Source: a virus
DNA length: 64,000 nt
Strand: one strand, 5' to 3'
IMG/VR virus record: IMGVR_UViG_3300036845_000721
Coordinates: 1 to 64,000 of that record
Of the stretch, positions 52,231-61,286 are shown in pieces. The notes beneath the pieces are model-generated. The model ran no database searches. It saw only the letters and a program-made list of their open reading frames with translations, and was not told the origin of the DNA. Every line of letters starts with the position of its first letter. Positions within the stretch are counted from its first letter, which is position 1. The translations under genes were made by a program, and so were the position numbers.

Positions 52231-52760
52231 AGCGCCCTCTTGGTGGCGAGGGAGCGTGCCGCCGTGGTCAGGGTCCAGCGGACCGGGTCCGGCGGCTCGG
52301 CCGTGTCCCGGACGTAGCCGTCGATTCGCAGCGCCTCCAGTTCCCGGCTGACGCGTGCCCGGCTCGTGCCCTGGAGTCCGTCCGCCCGGTTCACCCGGAG
52401 GGCCAGGTCGGACAGGAGCAGCCCGTCCGGGGCGCTGGTTTCCAGCAGCGCCGCCAGGATTACCCGGCGGAACGGGCTGGCCGGCACGGGCTCCGGGACT
52501 GCGGTTAGCCGCAGCCGGTAGGTGTCCGCGATATGCCGCGTGGCGCGCTCGTGGCGGCTGACCTCCGCCTGGAGGTTGGCGGCGTGCTCGCGCAGCTCCT
52601 GGTTCTCCAGCCGCAGCCGCTCGTCCTCGGCGTCGGACTGGATCGTCTCGCAGGTGACTGTTCCCTGGCCCGCCTGCGCGGCGGTTTCAGTTACGTAGTT
52701 CTCGTAGTCGGCGCGGGTGCCGCTGTTGGCGCGGCGCCATTCCCCGAAGGTCATCGTCAT
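52227..52760 (-). CDS. Coiled-coil plus winged-helix protein
   Basis: VILAALL...LSDLA...SRARVSRELEALRIDGYV...WTLT. Confidence 0.6.
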   Translation of the reverse strand: MTMTFGEWRRANSGTRADYENYVTETAAQAGQGTVTCETIQSDAEDERLRLENQELREHAANLQAEVSRHERATRHIADTYRLRLTAVPEPVPASPFRRVILAALLETSAPDGLLLSDLALRVNRADGLQGTSRARVSRELEALRIDGYVRDTAEPPDPVRWTLTTAARSLATKRAL

Positions 52761-52770
52761 CCGCTGTCTC

Positions 52771-53529
52771 CTATCCGGTGGTCGTGGTGGTGGTCGTGAC
52801 GGCGCCGGTCTTGCTGACCGACGTCTTGTGCGTGACCGTGGTCGTGGCGGTGCCGCACTTGGTTGCCGTCTTGACGGACCGGCTGTGCGCGCCCGTGCTG
52901 GATGCCGAGTTCGTGACCGTGGTCTTGGCGGTGCACGCGCCTGCTCCGCCGATGCTGCCGGACCAGCGGTGCAGCGCGGGCGCCGCTGCCGAGACCGGCC
53001 AGGGCGGCGCGGGCACCGGGCTGAGCCCGTTGTAGGCGGCCAGCGCGTTCAGGCTGTCACGGAGCTGCCCGTAGGCGGCCCGCCAGCCGCCGGTCAGGCC
53101 GCCGGCGTAGGCGGTCAGGTAGCCCTGCGTGTCGTAGGCGAACCGGGCGGTGTCTTTCCCGTTGCCGGCGTCCTTGGCGAGCACCTGCAGGGCGTAGCCG
53201 TACCCGTCCGCGACCCACGCCTCGCGGTGGTCCCGGTCCGCCTGCCGCTGGTCGGCCAGCACCTGGGCCAGGTCACCGGCGATGTTCGCCGGCGCCCCGA
53301 TCCCGGCGACGGCTGTCTGCTGGACCGGGTGCGGCCGGTGGTAGCCCGACGCTGCCCAGCCGCCTGCTGCTGCCAGCATGGCGATCACGACCAGGCCCGG
53401 CAGCCATGGCACCAGCAGCACCCGCGCCGTCCCGCGCCTGATCGCCTGGCCCCGGTGCGGGCGCGGGCGCGGCGGCTTTCCGGGGTCCGGAGCCGGGCGG
53501 CGGCCGGTGCGGGAGTAGTCCTTTTTCAC
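52771..53529 (-). CDS. Membrane-anchored protein with Thr-rich tail
   Basis: TM segment LLVPWLPGLVVIAMLAAAGGW; Thr/Ser-rich C-terminus. Confidence 0.55.
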   Translation of the reverse strand: MKKDYSRTGRRPAPDPGKPPRPRPHRGQAIRRGTARVLLVPWLPGLVVIAMLAAAGGWAASGYHRPHPVQQTAVAGIGAPANIAGDLAQVLADQRQADRDHREAWVADGYGYALQVLAKDAGNGKDTARFAYDTQGYLTAYAGGLTGGWRAAYGQLRDSLNALAAYNGLSPVPAPPWPVSAAAPALHRWSGSIGGAGACTAKTTVTNSASSTGAHSRSVKTATKCGTATTTVTHKTSVSKTGAVTTTTTTTG

Positions 53530-53927
53530 GCGGTCTTCCCTTCGGCGGTGAGCTGGTAGGACCGGGGGCCGCCCTGGGTACGGCCGCCGGGCTTCCGGAC
53601 CATCTGCCGGCCCGGCTTGACCAGTCCCAGGGCGGCCAGGCGGGAGCCGGTGCGGTGCAGGCTGAACGTGGCGCTGCGCACCGGCACGCCGGCCCAGCGG
53701 CCCGGGTGCGCGGCGATCAGCTGCGCCGGGGTGGCCTTGCCGCCCGGAGCTGCCTGGAGCGCGTCCAGCATCCATCTCTGGCCCGGCGTCAGCCGTGCCC
53801 CGGTTCCCCCCCGAACGCCAGTTCCCCCCTGGATGCCGATTCCCCCCTGGGCGCCGGAAACCCCGGCTCCGGCGCCGAGCAGGGCGGCCAGCTCCGCGGA
53901 TTGCGCGCGGGCCAGTTCGGTGTCCAT
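53526..53927 (-). CDS. Winged-helix-like protein
   Basis: LTPGQRWMLDAL...LHRTGSRLAALGLV...YQLTAEG. Confidence 0.55.
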   Translation of the reverse strand: MDTELARAQSAELAALLGAGAGVSGAQGGIGIQGGTGVRGGTGARLTPGQRWMLDALQAAPGGKATPAQLIAAHPGRWAGVPVRSATFSLHRTGSRLAALGLVKPGRQMVRKPGGRTQGGPRSYQLTAEGKTA

Positions 53928-54670
53928 CAGACCGGGCTCTCGTCTACGATGCCGGTCTCGTCGGCGACGTCGCTGCGCCACTGGTCCACCTGGTCCTCGG
54001 TCGGCTCATCCGGCGTGTACGTGCCGTTGCCGCCGCAGCAGTCACAGTCCGCGTCGCCTTCGCCCTCGCACTCGCCGCAGTCGGTTTCCTCGGGCTCGGG
54101 GAAGTCCGGCACGCTCGTGTCGCGGATTTCGCCGGCCCAGGACCGCAGCTGCTCGGCGGTGTCCCGCAGCTCGTCGGACTGGCTGGTGGCGTGCTGGAAA
54201 CCGGATTCCAGGCTGTCCGCGGACTCGTCCTTCGCGTCCGCGATCGACTCGATCTCGTCGGCCGCCTCCGCCAGCGCGGACTCCACGTCATCGACGGACT
54301 CGGCGCCGGCGATCGAGTTCTGGAAGTTATGGCTGACCCGGGCCAGCTGGGCGCTCAGCGAGTCGCTGTACTCCCAGACCCGCCAGTCCGGATGGCTCGC
54401 GTGGCGGCGCAGCGTCCGGCTGCTGTACGGCCCGGACCGCGGCGCGATCCACTTGTAGGCCGTGCCCGGCATGATGGGCTCGCCGCAGAGGTCGCAGGTG
54501 TACGGCTTCAGCGGCTGGCTCAGGTCCCGCTGGGTGCGCCGCACGACAACACCCCGGCCGCCCTTGGCCGTCCGGCTGACCGGGACGATCACCTGATTGC
54601 CGGCTGGATCGGTGACCGGCGCCCGGGCGTAGCGCTGCTGCGCGCTCTGCACGCGGTGGATTCTCGGCAT
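53927..54670 (-). CDS. Conserved phage protein with CxxC motifs and acidic helical region
   Basis: YTCDLCGEPI.PG..YKW; C..C.G.G...C..C.G.G. Confidence 0.65.
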   Translation of the reverse strand: MPRIHRVQSAQQRYARAPVTDPAGNQVIVPVSRTAKGGRGVVVRRTQRDLSQPLKPYTCDLCGEPIMPGTAYKWIAPRSGPYSSRTLRRHASHPDWRVWEYSDSLSAQLARVSHNFQNSIAGAESVDDVESALAEAADEIESIADAKDESADSLESGFQHATSQSDELRDTAEQLRSWAGEIRDTSVPDFPEPEETDCGECEGEGDADCDCCGGNGTYTPDEPTEDQVDQWRSDVADETGIVDESPV

Positions 54671-54694
54671 TGCAGTCTCCTGTTCTTCCGGGGG

Positions 54695-54961
54695 TTACCC
54701 GTACATGTAGTCGGCCCAGTCGTCGCCCAGCACCGCGCGCAGCCGGTCCGCTTCAGCCTCGGCGATCGCCAGGCGGTCCGGGTCATGGCGGGCGCGGCGC
54801 GGCTCTGGCAGGGAAACACGGCCGGCCGGGTGCAGCCGGCAGCCAGGCCCGCACGGCAGGGTCCGGACGGCGGTGTTGAGCCGGCCGGCCAGCTCCGGGT
54901 AGCGCTTGCGCAGCAGCAGCCGGACGTGCCGGCGATTGGACTGCGCTGCCGCCGCGCTCAT
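54695..54961 (-). CDS. Hypothetical protein
   Basis: 88 aa, coupled. Confidence 0.5.
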   Translation of the reverse strand: MSAAAAQSNRRHVRLLLRKRYPELAGRLNTAVRTLPCGPGCRLHPAGRVSLPEPRRARHDPDRLAIAEAEADRLRAVLGDDWADYMYG

Positions 54962-55446
54962 GACCCGTCACCCCGCTTGCAGATGTCGCAGACCAGCGGG
55001 CCGGTGAGGACGAACCCCGCCGGGGCGTCCAGTTCCCCGTCCGCGAGCCGGACCATCGAGCCGGTCAGGTGCGGCCGGCAGTCAGTGCGCCCGATGTCGG
55101 TCCACCGGACGCCCCAGGCGTCGGCCGGCAGCCGCCCGGCCAGCACGTCCGCCCGGGTGACGCGGCGCGCGTTCAGCACCGCGAAGACGGAGTAGGCCAT
55201 CCGCTCGGCCCGGCGGAACTCCCGCCGGTCCCGGGGCCGGGTGCCGGTCAGCTCCGGGACGTGCGCGACGTCGTTGAGGTGGTCGGCAATCGCCTGCCAG
55301 AACTCCTGGGCCGGGTCTGCCCGCACCCCGATGGTGTACGCGTGCCGGATGGCCTGCTCGGCGGCCCGGATCAGCTCCGGCCCCTGCAGGTACTCGCGCG
55401 GGTCTTCCCAGTCCGGGTCGCCCGGCTGCGGTGTCAGTTCGGTCAT
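54958..55446 (-). CDS. Hypothetical protein
   Basis: Motif at 55451. Confidence 0.55.
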   Translation of the reverse strand: MTELTPQPGDPDWEDPREYLQGPELIRAAEQAIRHAYTIGVRADPAQEFWQAIADHLNDVAHVPELTGTRPRDRREFRRAERMAYSVFAVLNARRVTRADVLAGRLPADAWGVRWTDIGRTDCRPHLTGSMVRLADGELDAPAGFVLTGPLVCDICKRGDGS

Positions 55447-55498
55447 GTCGTGTCTCCTGATCCTGGTCGTTCTCGCGTGATCTCGGCTAGTCCTGGGC

Positions 55499-56077
55499 TC
55501 AGCGGCCTAGTACCCGGGCGACTAGCGCAGTCCGGGCCGGCAGGTCCAGGTCGTCTTCAGCCAGGGACAGCAGGTCCTCCAGCGTGCTTTCAGCCTGTTC
55601 GCGCAGCGGCGGCGGGATCAGGTGCAGGACCGTCTCCCACAGCTCTTTCTTGGCGTCCGCGACCGCGTCCGGGTGCAGTGCGCAGTCCGGCAGGTGGTCC
55701 GGCGGCCCGCCCGGCGCCGTCGCCTCGCCGCCGCAGAGGCCGCAGGCCCAGGGCATCAGCGAGTCCCGGATCGCCTGCGTCGCCGACCCGTCGCCGATGT
55801 CTGACTCGCCGGGCAGTTCTGCGGCGGTGACGCCGCCGACTACCCACCGGCCCCAGTCGACCTGGCTGCCCGGCTCCTCGTCCAGCGCGGTGTCGACCGC
55901 CTCGCCGACTTCGGCCGCGCTCACCGCGTCGCCGGCCGGCACCCGCACGGTGAGCATCAGCTGGAACTCGCGGAACGCGTCCGGGTTCTCCTCCTCGTCG
56001 TCCGGGTCGTGCTCGTCCCGTAGCAGGTCTCTGTTGAACCGCTCCTCGGCGGGGTCGCGCTCGCCATCGCTGTTCAC
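55499..56077 (-). CDS. Acidic hypothetical protein
   Basis: Motif at 56082; TATACT -10 candidate at 56104-56109. Confidence 0.55.
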   Translation of the reverse strand: MNSDGERDPAEERFNRDLLRDEHDPDDEEENPDAFREFQLMLTVRVPAGDAVSAAEVGEAVDTALDEEPGSQVDWGRWVVGGVTAAELPGESDIGDGSATQAIRDSLMPWACGLCGGEATAPGGPPDHLPDCALHPDAVADAKKELWETVLHLIPPPLREQAESTLEDLLSLAEDDLDLPARTALVARVLGR

Positions 56078-56131
56078 TGTCCGTCTCCTGTTCTGTCTCT
56101 TGCAGTATACACTACAGGTTGTAATCGGGGG

Positions 56132-56629
56132 TTAGCGGGTGATGGCGTCCAGGTACGCGCGGGCGGCGTCCCTGATCACCGAGTCGTCGTCTACGCTGGC
56201 GCCGAAGCCGACCGCATCGATAACTTCCAGCGCCGCTTTCAGCTGCGCGGCGGCGGCGGCCTGCCCGTCCGGGTCGTCCAGGCCCTCCTGCGCGCCGACG
56301 ATCACGGACACCAGCCGGACGGCCGGCCAGCCGTGCGACCGGAGCTGGTGCGCCCCGCCGGTCTCTGGGAACGAGATGCGCCGCCCGAGGGTCATGCCGA
56401 ACACGCCGGCTACCGCGTCCCGCCCGCCGTCGAACGGGTGCACGTCGATGCACAGGTGGTTCCCGAGCGCCATCGGGTTGATGACGACAACGCGCCCGGC
56501 TTCGTCCCGGATGATGACGAACGGGCTCGCCTCCCGGCTGCCCGGCTCGCTCGCGGCGATCTCGGTGACCGGGTGCGTGCCGTCCGGGTTGTACCGGGCG
56601 AGGAAGCCGTCCAGGGTGTGCTCTGCCAT
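56132..56629 (-). CDS. Hypothetical protein
   Basis: Motif at 56633; HLCIDVHPF. Confidence 0.6.
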   Translation of the reverse strand: MAEHTLDGFLARYNPDGTHPVTEIAASEPGSREASPFVIIRDEAGRVVVINPMALGNHLCIDVHPFDGGRDAVAGVFGMTLGRRISFPETGGAHQLRSHGWPAVRLVSVIVGAQEGLDDPDGQAAAAAQLKAALEVIDAVGFGASVDDDSVIRDAARAYLDAITR

Positions 56630-56651
56630 GATCTGTCTCCTGTTCTGGGGT

Positions 56652-56840
56652 TTAGTCGTTGTCCGCGAACGGGCCGCGCGCCACCTGGTAACGGCTCTCG
56701 AACTCCTGCTCGGCGCGCCGGTCCAGTTCCTGCTGGATTGCCTGCTCCTCGCGCATGTCCAGTCCGCCGCCTGCCAGGCGGGCCTGCAGCTCGCTGGCGT
56801 CTTCGCCGGCCAGGTCTTCCTCGCCGGTCTCGCCGGTCAT
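56652..56840 (-). CDS. Hypothetical protein
   Basis: 62 aa, coupled. Confidence 0.45.
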   Translation of the reverse strand: MTGETGEEDLAGEDASELQARLAGGGLDMREEQAIQQELDRRAEQEFESRYQVARGPFADND

Positions 56841-57112
56841 GTCACCCGCTCCCAGCCTGCTGCCGCGTAGATGCGCTGCATGATCTCGCGGGCGCCGTCC
56901 CGCTCGAAGTCCACGCCGGACGTCGCGCTGAAGACCCAGTCTTCGACGGCCTCCAGCAGGTCCGCGCGGTCACCCGGCGGCAGCGTCTCGAACGCCGCCA
57001 GCATCCGGCTGCGGCGCCGGGCTGACGCCCCCAGGTTGTCCGGGTTCATCACCAGGCAGGACAGCCGGCCGGCGTCCTTCGCCGGGGGCATGTCCGGGTA
57101 CATCATGGTCAT
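56837..57112 (-). CDS. Hypothetical protein
   Basis: SD plus palindrome upstream. Confidence 0.55.
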   Translation of the reverse strand: MTMMYPDMPPAKDAGRLSCLVMNPDNLGASARRRSRMLAAFETLPPGDRADLLEAVEDWVFSATSGVDFERDGAREIMQRIYAAAGWERVT

Positions 57113-57663
57113 GATCTGCCTCCTGAACTTTCCGGCCGACCGGAAATTCCCTCCCGGCCGCGCTGGCTTACTTCCCCGTGGGTGACCGGCTGCTGGCCGG
57201 TGAACCAGCCGAGCGGGCATGGCCGCACCAGCGGGCGCCGTCCGTCCCGCAGCACGATCACGTACGGTCCCTCGTGGGCGTGGCTGCACCGGTAGCGGTG
57301 ATGCTCTCGCGCGTGCCAGCCCGCCAGGAACTCGTTCGACCGGGGGATGCCCTGGATCAGCGCCGCATCTGCGTGCAGTTCACGGACGTGGGCGCGCAGC
57401 TCACTCAGGTCCAGCGCCCACCGGTCGATCAGCCACGGGTCACCGGGGGTGCCGGCGCCGGCCAGCAGCGGCTTCACCGTGTTCCGGCCGGCCAGCTCGG
57501 TCCCGCTGCCCTTGACCTGGATGTTCATGTCCCAGTCCACGGCGACCAGCCCGGCCGCCTCCAGGCCCTCGATCTGGCCGCGCGTCCGGTCGTTCAGCAC
57601 CAGCCCGCCAGTTATCAGCAGCCGGTTCAGCAGCCGCAGCTGGCCGGGCGTCAGCTCAGGCAT
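57109..57663 (-). CDS. Hypothetical protein with winged-helix-like N-terminus
   Basis: LTPGQLRLL...IEGLEAAGLV. Confidence 0.5.
   Translation of the reverse strand: MPELTPGQLRLLNRLLITGGLVLNDRTRGQIEGLEAAGLVAVDWDMNIQVKGSGTELAGRNTVKPLLAGAGTPGDPWLIDRWALDLSELRAHVRELHADAALIQGIPRSNEFLAGWHAREHHRYRCSHAHEGPYVIVLRDGRRPLVRPCPLGWFTGQQPVTHGEVSQRGREGISGRPESSGGRS
57130..57145. promoter_or_regulatory. Palindrome TTCCGG-CCGA-CCGGAA
   Basis: Directly upstream of the SD of 56837-57112. Confidence 0.6.
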
Positions 57664-57976
57664 CGCTCGCCGCCTGCCTGCGGATGTCAGCCGCGTTCTT
57701 CGGGGTGCGCTGGACGATGCGCAGCCTGTACCCATACGGCGGGGTTTCCAGCTCGCGCTTGAGCGCCGCGTACTCCGCTTCCGTGGCCGGTCGCGTGCGG
57801 CTGACCACGCTGGTCGGGCTCGCCGCGCCGTGCTGGCCGACGTGCTCGTACGATTCGCACATCAGGCCGGTGTGGTCGGCGGGCTCGCACGGGAACAGCG
57901 CGATCACGCCGTCTCCGATCATTGACGTGTCCCGCCACTTGCGGAACATCACGACGGTAATCTCGTCGTCTGCCAT
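57656..57976 (-). CDS. Conserved phage protein
   Basis: VIALFP...C.SYEHVGQHG...PAT..EY..L..EL. Confidence 0.65.
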   Translation of the reverse strand: MADDEITVVMFRKWRDTSMIGDGVIALFPCEPADHTGLMCESYEHVGQHGAASPTSVVSRTRPATEAEYAALKRELETPPYGYRLRIVQRTPKNAADIRRQAASDA

Positions 57977-57977
57977 G

Positions 57978-58481
57978 TCATGCCTCCTGATCGTTGTCGT
58001 GGCGGCCTTGGCCGCAGGTGGCGCACGGCCCGGCCGGCGGGATCGCGTGCGTGACGCCGGCCGGGCTGGTCCATTCGCGCCAGCCGGGCGGCAGCGCGGT
58101 GACGAAGACCGTCCCGCAGCCGCCGCACCGGATCTCCTGGCCCGGCTCCGGGTACGGCAGCTCCTCGCAGCACTCGAACACCAGGGACGGCTCGCCTGCG
58201 GGTTCCCCTTCGGTACCGGGCGGGAGCACTAGCACGGGCTCGCCGCTGGCGGTATCGATCTCGATGTCCGGGCCGCCGTCCACGTACGCGACCTGCACGC
58301 TATCGGGCAGGCCGCCGGTCTCGAAAGCAGCCCACTCGCCGGAGTAGCTGCCCGTCCCGCCGCAGGCGGCCTCGTGCACACGGTGCGCGGTGCGCAGCCA
58401 TTCCTCACGGGTCGCCGGCCTGATGGCCTTGCCGGTGTCGTAGTCGCACAGCGTGCCCCAGTCCTGAACCGGCTCGCTCAC
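57978..58481 (-). CDS. Hypothetical protein with Cys pairs
   Basis: GTL.DY.TG..IRPAT; CC...CGGC...C..C. Confidence 0.55.
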   Translation of the reverse strand: MSEPVQDWGTLCDYDTGKAIRPATREEWLRTAHRVHEAACGGTGSYSGEWAAFETGGLPDSVQVAYVDGGPDIEIDTASGEPVLVLPPGTEGEPAGEPSLVFECCEELPYPEPGQEIRCGGCGTVFVTALPPGWREWTSPAGVTHAIPPAGPCATCGQGRHDNDQEA

Positions 58482-59224
58482 GACCGCATCTCCCCGGGCA
58501 GGTACTCGGTGACTACCGCGCCGTCCTCGGACCGGAACGCGTCCCGGGGCTGCGGCGGCATGGTCTCGAATCCGGCCCCGGCCAGCGCTATCCGCAGCCG
58601 GGCCAGCGCCAGGCCGCCGCGCGGCGCGGCGAGCACGGCCACCACCGGGACGGTGACGAGCCACGCCCCGCGGCCGTCTTCGTATGCCGTCCGGGCGCTA
58701 GGCAGGTCGTACAGGTCGAAGCCCAGGTGGATCACGCTCGCCGCGACCGCCGCGACCGCCTCCAGCCCGTTAACGGCGGCCTGCCGGGCGGTCACCCGGG
58801 CCAGCACGTTCCAGGCCCGTTCCTCGTCATCGCTGTCGTCGTCGCGCTGGTACCAGTCCAGCAGCTCGTTGGCGGCGTCCACCGCGTCGCGGAGGATGAC
58901 GGCCGGGTCGTACAGGCCGCCTTCCTCGTCCGGCTCGGGCAGCCGGTCCAGGTATTCGACCGACTGGACCTGGCCGCCCAGCCAGGGCGCGCCAGGGTGG
59001 TCCTCGTCCGGCGGGCGGATGATGACCCGCCAGGCATCGATCTCGCCGTCGCCGTTGGCGAGCGAATCGACCGCCATCTCGCACGGTCCGGTGATCAGCG
59101 GCTCGCCCTCGCCGGGATGGATGGCCGCGTCCAGGGCCATCATCGCGTCATGGTCGGTCTCCACCGGGTGGCAGGCCGCCAGCTCCGGCAGCCGGGATTC
59201 GTCCAGCGTGAATCGCTGTGTCAT
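58478..59224 (-). CDS. Hypothetical protein
   Basis: Motif at 59229. Confidence 0.6.
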   Translation of the reverse strand: MTQRFTLDESRLPELAACHPVETDHDAMMALDAAIHPGEGEPLITGPCEMAVDSLANGDGEIDAWRVIIRPPDEDHPGAPWLGGQVQSVEYLDRLPEPDEEGGLYDPAVILRDAVDAANELLDWYQRDDDSDDEERAWNVLARVTARQAAVNGLEAVAAVAASVIHLGFDLYDLPSARTAYEDGRGAWLVTVPVVAVLAAPRGGLALARLRIALAGAGFETMPPQPRDAFRSEDGAVVTEYLPGEMRS

Positions 59225-59421
59225 GGTCCTGTCTCCTGATCTGTCTGCCGTCGTTTTACTGTTATTGCCGGGTAAGTCCGGGCCGGGAAGAACCAGCGGA
59301 TAACCCGCTGGTACTGCGGGCACTCGCATTTCGAGCAGTCCTCGCCCAGCCGGTGGTGCTGGTGCGCCTCGTACGCGTGACCGCAGCGGCAGGCCGGTTT
59401 CGGCTTCATAGCCTTTGCCAT
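59221..59421 (-). CDS. Small zinc-finger-like protein
   Basis: C.CGH...H.H....C..C.C..Y. Confidence 0.5.
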   Translation of the reverse strand: MAKAMKPKPACRCGHAYEAHQHHRLGEDCSKCECPQYQRVIRWFFPARTYPAITVKRRQTDQETGP

Positions 59422-59434
59422 ACCCGGCCATGCT

Positions 59435-59674
59435 CTAACTCGCCAGCCCTTCGACCGCCCGGCGGTAATCGCCGTAGATACCCTCGGCAGCCGCTCGCGC
59501 GGCGTCCTGGCTGTCATGCGGCTCGTCGGCGGTCAGGTAGCCGGGAACCCGGACCTCCAGCACCACCCCCGCCGGGCCGTCCGCGCGGCGGATGCGGAAC
59601 CAGCCCCGCTCCAGCCGGGTCACCGCTACCGGCACGCCGCGCTCGGTCACCCGGCCGTCCAGCGGCGCGCTCAT
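59435..59674 (-). CDS. Hypothetical protein
   Basis: 79 aa, coupled. Confidence 0.45.
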   Translation of the reverse strand: MSAPLDGRVTERGVPVAVTRLERGWFRIRRADGPAGVVLEVRVPGYLTADEPHDSQDAARAAAEGIYGDYRRAVEGLAS

Positions 59675-60627
59675 TCCCCGTCACGGCGGAACTGCGCCCA
59701 CCCGCCCGCGTAGTGCAGCTCGATGCCCGCGGCCACCTGCGCGTCGGTCAGGTCCGCGACATCCTCCGCCTCATAGAGGTCGGCCCACTCGCAGTCCGCG
59801 ATCCAGCTCCGCGCCGCGCTCAGCACCGCCGGCGGGACGCGCCGGACCCGGGACAGCGGCCGGGCGATGCCGGGCAGGCCCGGGCCGTTCGCGGTCAGCA
59901 CGGAGGCGACGACGGCATCGCTGCCCGGGTCCTCGTCCAGGTAGCTGGCGAAGACGCACAGATGCTGCCTGCCGTCCGGGTCCGCGCACTCGATGACCTG
60001 GCCCGGCTCGAACACGGGCACGACCCGTGCCCGGTCCTGCACGAACGCCTCGCCCGCGCTGCGGTCGCCGGCCACCGCCAGCCAGATGCCGAGGGTGCCG
60101 TAGTCGCCGACGACCTCCATGAGATCGCCGTCGTACCGGACCAGCTCGCCCGGCTCGTACTCAACGCCGGCCAGCGGCAGCAGCCTGTCTCCCCCCTCGT
60201 CGTGGAATGCCCGGACCTCACTGTCGATGCTCTCGGCGGCCGGGCCGTGCTCGCCGGAGATCCACGCGGACGGGAACTCGCCGCGCTCGGCCATCCAGCG
60301 GGCCGCCTCGTAGATCGCCACCTGCCGGTCCGGGTAGGCGTGCCGGGTCTCGGCCGCCCACGACAGCCAGTACTTGCCCCGGTACAGGTTCACGTACAGG
60401 TCGTTCTCGTCCGGTCGCTCGTCCCAGTCGTCCGCGACCTTGCCGGCCTGCCCGGTTGCCGTGGCCAGCGCCCCGGTCAGCCGGTCCGCGTCGTCGGCGG
60501 TGCGCCCGCACCGGACCCGCACGGTGCCGTCATCGGTCTTGATGATCAGCGTGACGTCGCCGTCCTCGTCCTCGGTGCGCCAGGCCTGGATGTCCAGTGT
60601 CTCCAGGGCGTTCAGCTCGATATTCAT
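59671..60627 (-). CDS. Hypothetical protein (318 aa)
   Basis: SD plus palindrome upstream; SWIADC.W.D motif at the C-terminus. Confidence 0.6.
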   Translation of the reverse strand: MNIELNALETLDIQAWRTEDEDGDVTLIIKTDDGTVRVRCGRTADDADRLTGALATATGQAGKVADDWDERPDENDLYVNLYRGKYWLSWAAETRHAYPDRQVAIYEAARWMAERGEFPSAWISGEHGPAAESIDSEVRAFHDEGGDRLLPLAGVEYEPGELVRYDGDLMEVVGDYGTLGIWLAVAGDRSAGEAFVQDRARVVPVFEPGQVIECADPDGRQHLCVFASYLDEDPGSDAVVASVLTANGPGLPGIARPLSRVRRVPPAVLSAARSWIADCEWADLYEAEDVADLTDAQVAAGIELHYAGGWAQFRRDGE

Positions 60628-60655
60628 GTCAGATCTCCTGATCGTGGATCGGATT

Positions 60656-60671
60656 TTCCGGTCGCCCGGAA
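60656..60671. promoter_or_regulatory. Palindrome TTCCGG-TCGC-CCGGAA
   Basis: About 15 nt upstream of the SD of 59671-60627. Confidence 0.6.
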
Positions 60672-60782
60672 TGTTCGGTTACGGCTGCGCCCGCCACGCC
60701 AGCACTGCCGCGACGATGACGACGAGGACGACGATCCCGGCTGCGGTCAGGCCCTCGCCCAGCCCTGTGACCCAGCCGGGCA

Positions 60783-61286
60783 TCACCGGGACCGCCTTTG
60801 CACGGAACTGAGGAACACCGGCACGCGCCGGCCGCTCCGGGACAGCACGACGACATCCCCGCTCCGCTGCGGGTCGTCCGGGTTGTCCACCGGGCCTTCG
60901 TAGGTGCCGTTGAACCAGCGCAGTCTGCCCAGCTCCCGGAATTGCACTGGCTCGCCCGGGGTCAGCGGGACCAGCCGGTTCTCCAGCTTGCGGAAGATGT
61001 CGTCATCCCCCCGGCTGAACCTGGCGTACTCCTCGCGGATCTCAGCTAGGATCTCCGAGATGGCCTCGGGGGCCATGCCCGGCGGGTTCGCGCGGACCGC
61101 GTCCGCCAGCTTCCGCAGCGCGATCAGCTCGCGCAGGTTGGCGGCCGGCGTGCTGCCCGCGCCGTAGTTCACCGCCGAGACGTGCAGGAAAGCGGTGTCC
61201 CTGCGGTTCCGGTCGGCGACCGCCAGCGCGTCAACGGCGGCCAGCGCCCCGGCTACGGTGATGGTGGTCTCGGTCTCCATGGTCAT
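60783..61286 (-). CDS. Hypothetical protein
   Basis: 167 aa, GGAGG SD. Confidence 0.55.
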   Translation of the reverse strand: MTMETETTITVAGALAAVDALAVADRNRRDTAFLHVSAVNYGAGSTPAANLRELIALRKLADAVRANPPGMAPEAISEILAEIREEYARFSRGDDDIFRKLENRLVPLTPGEPVQFRELGRLRWFNGTYEGPVDNPDDPQRSGDVVVLSRSGRRVPVFLSSVQRRSR

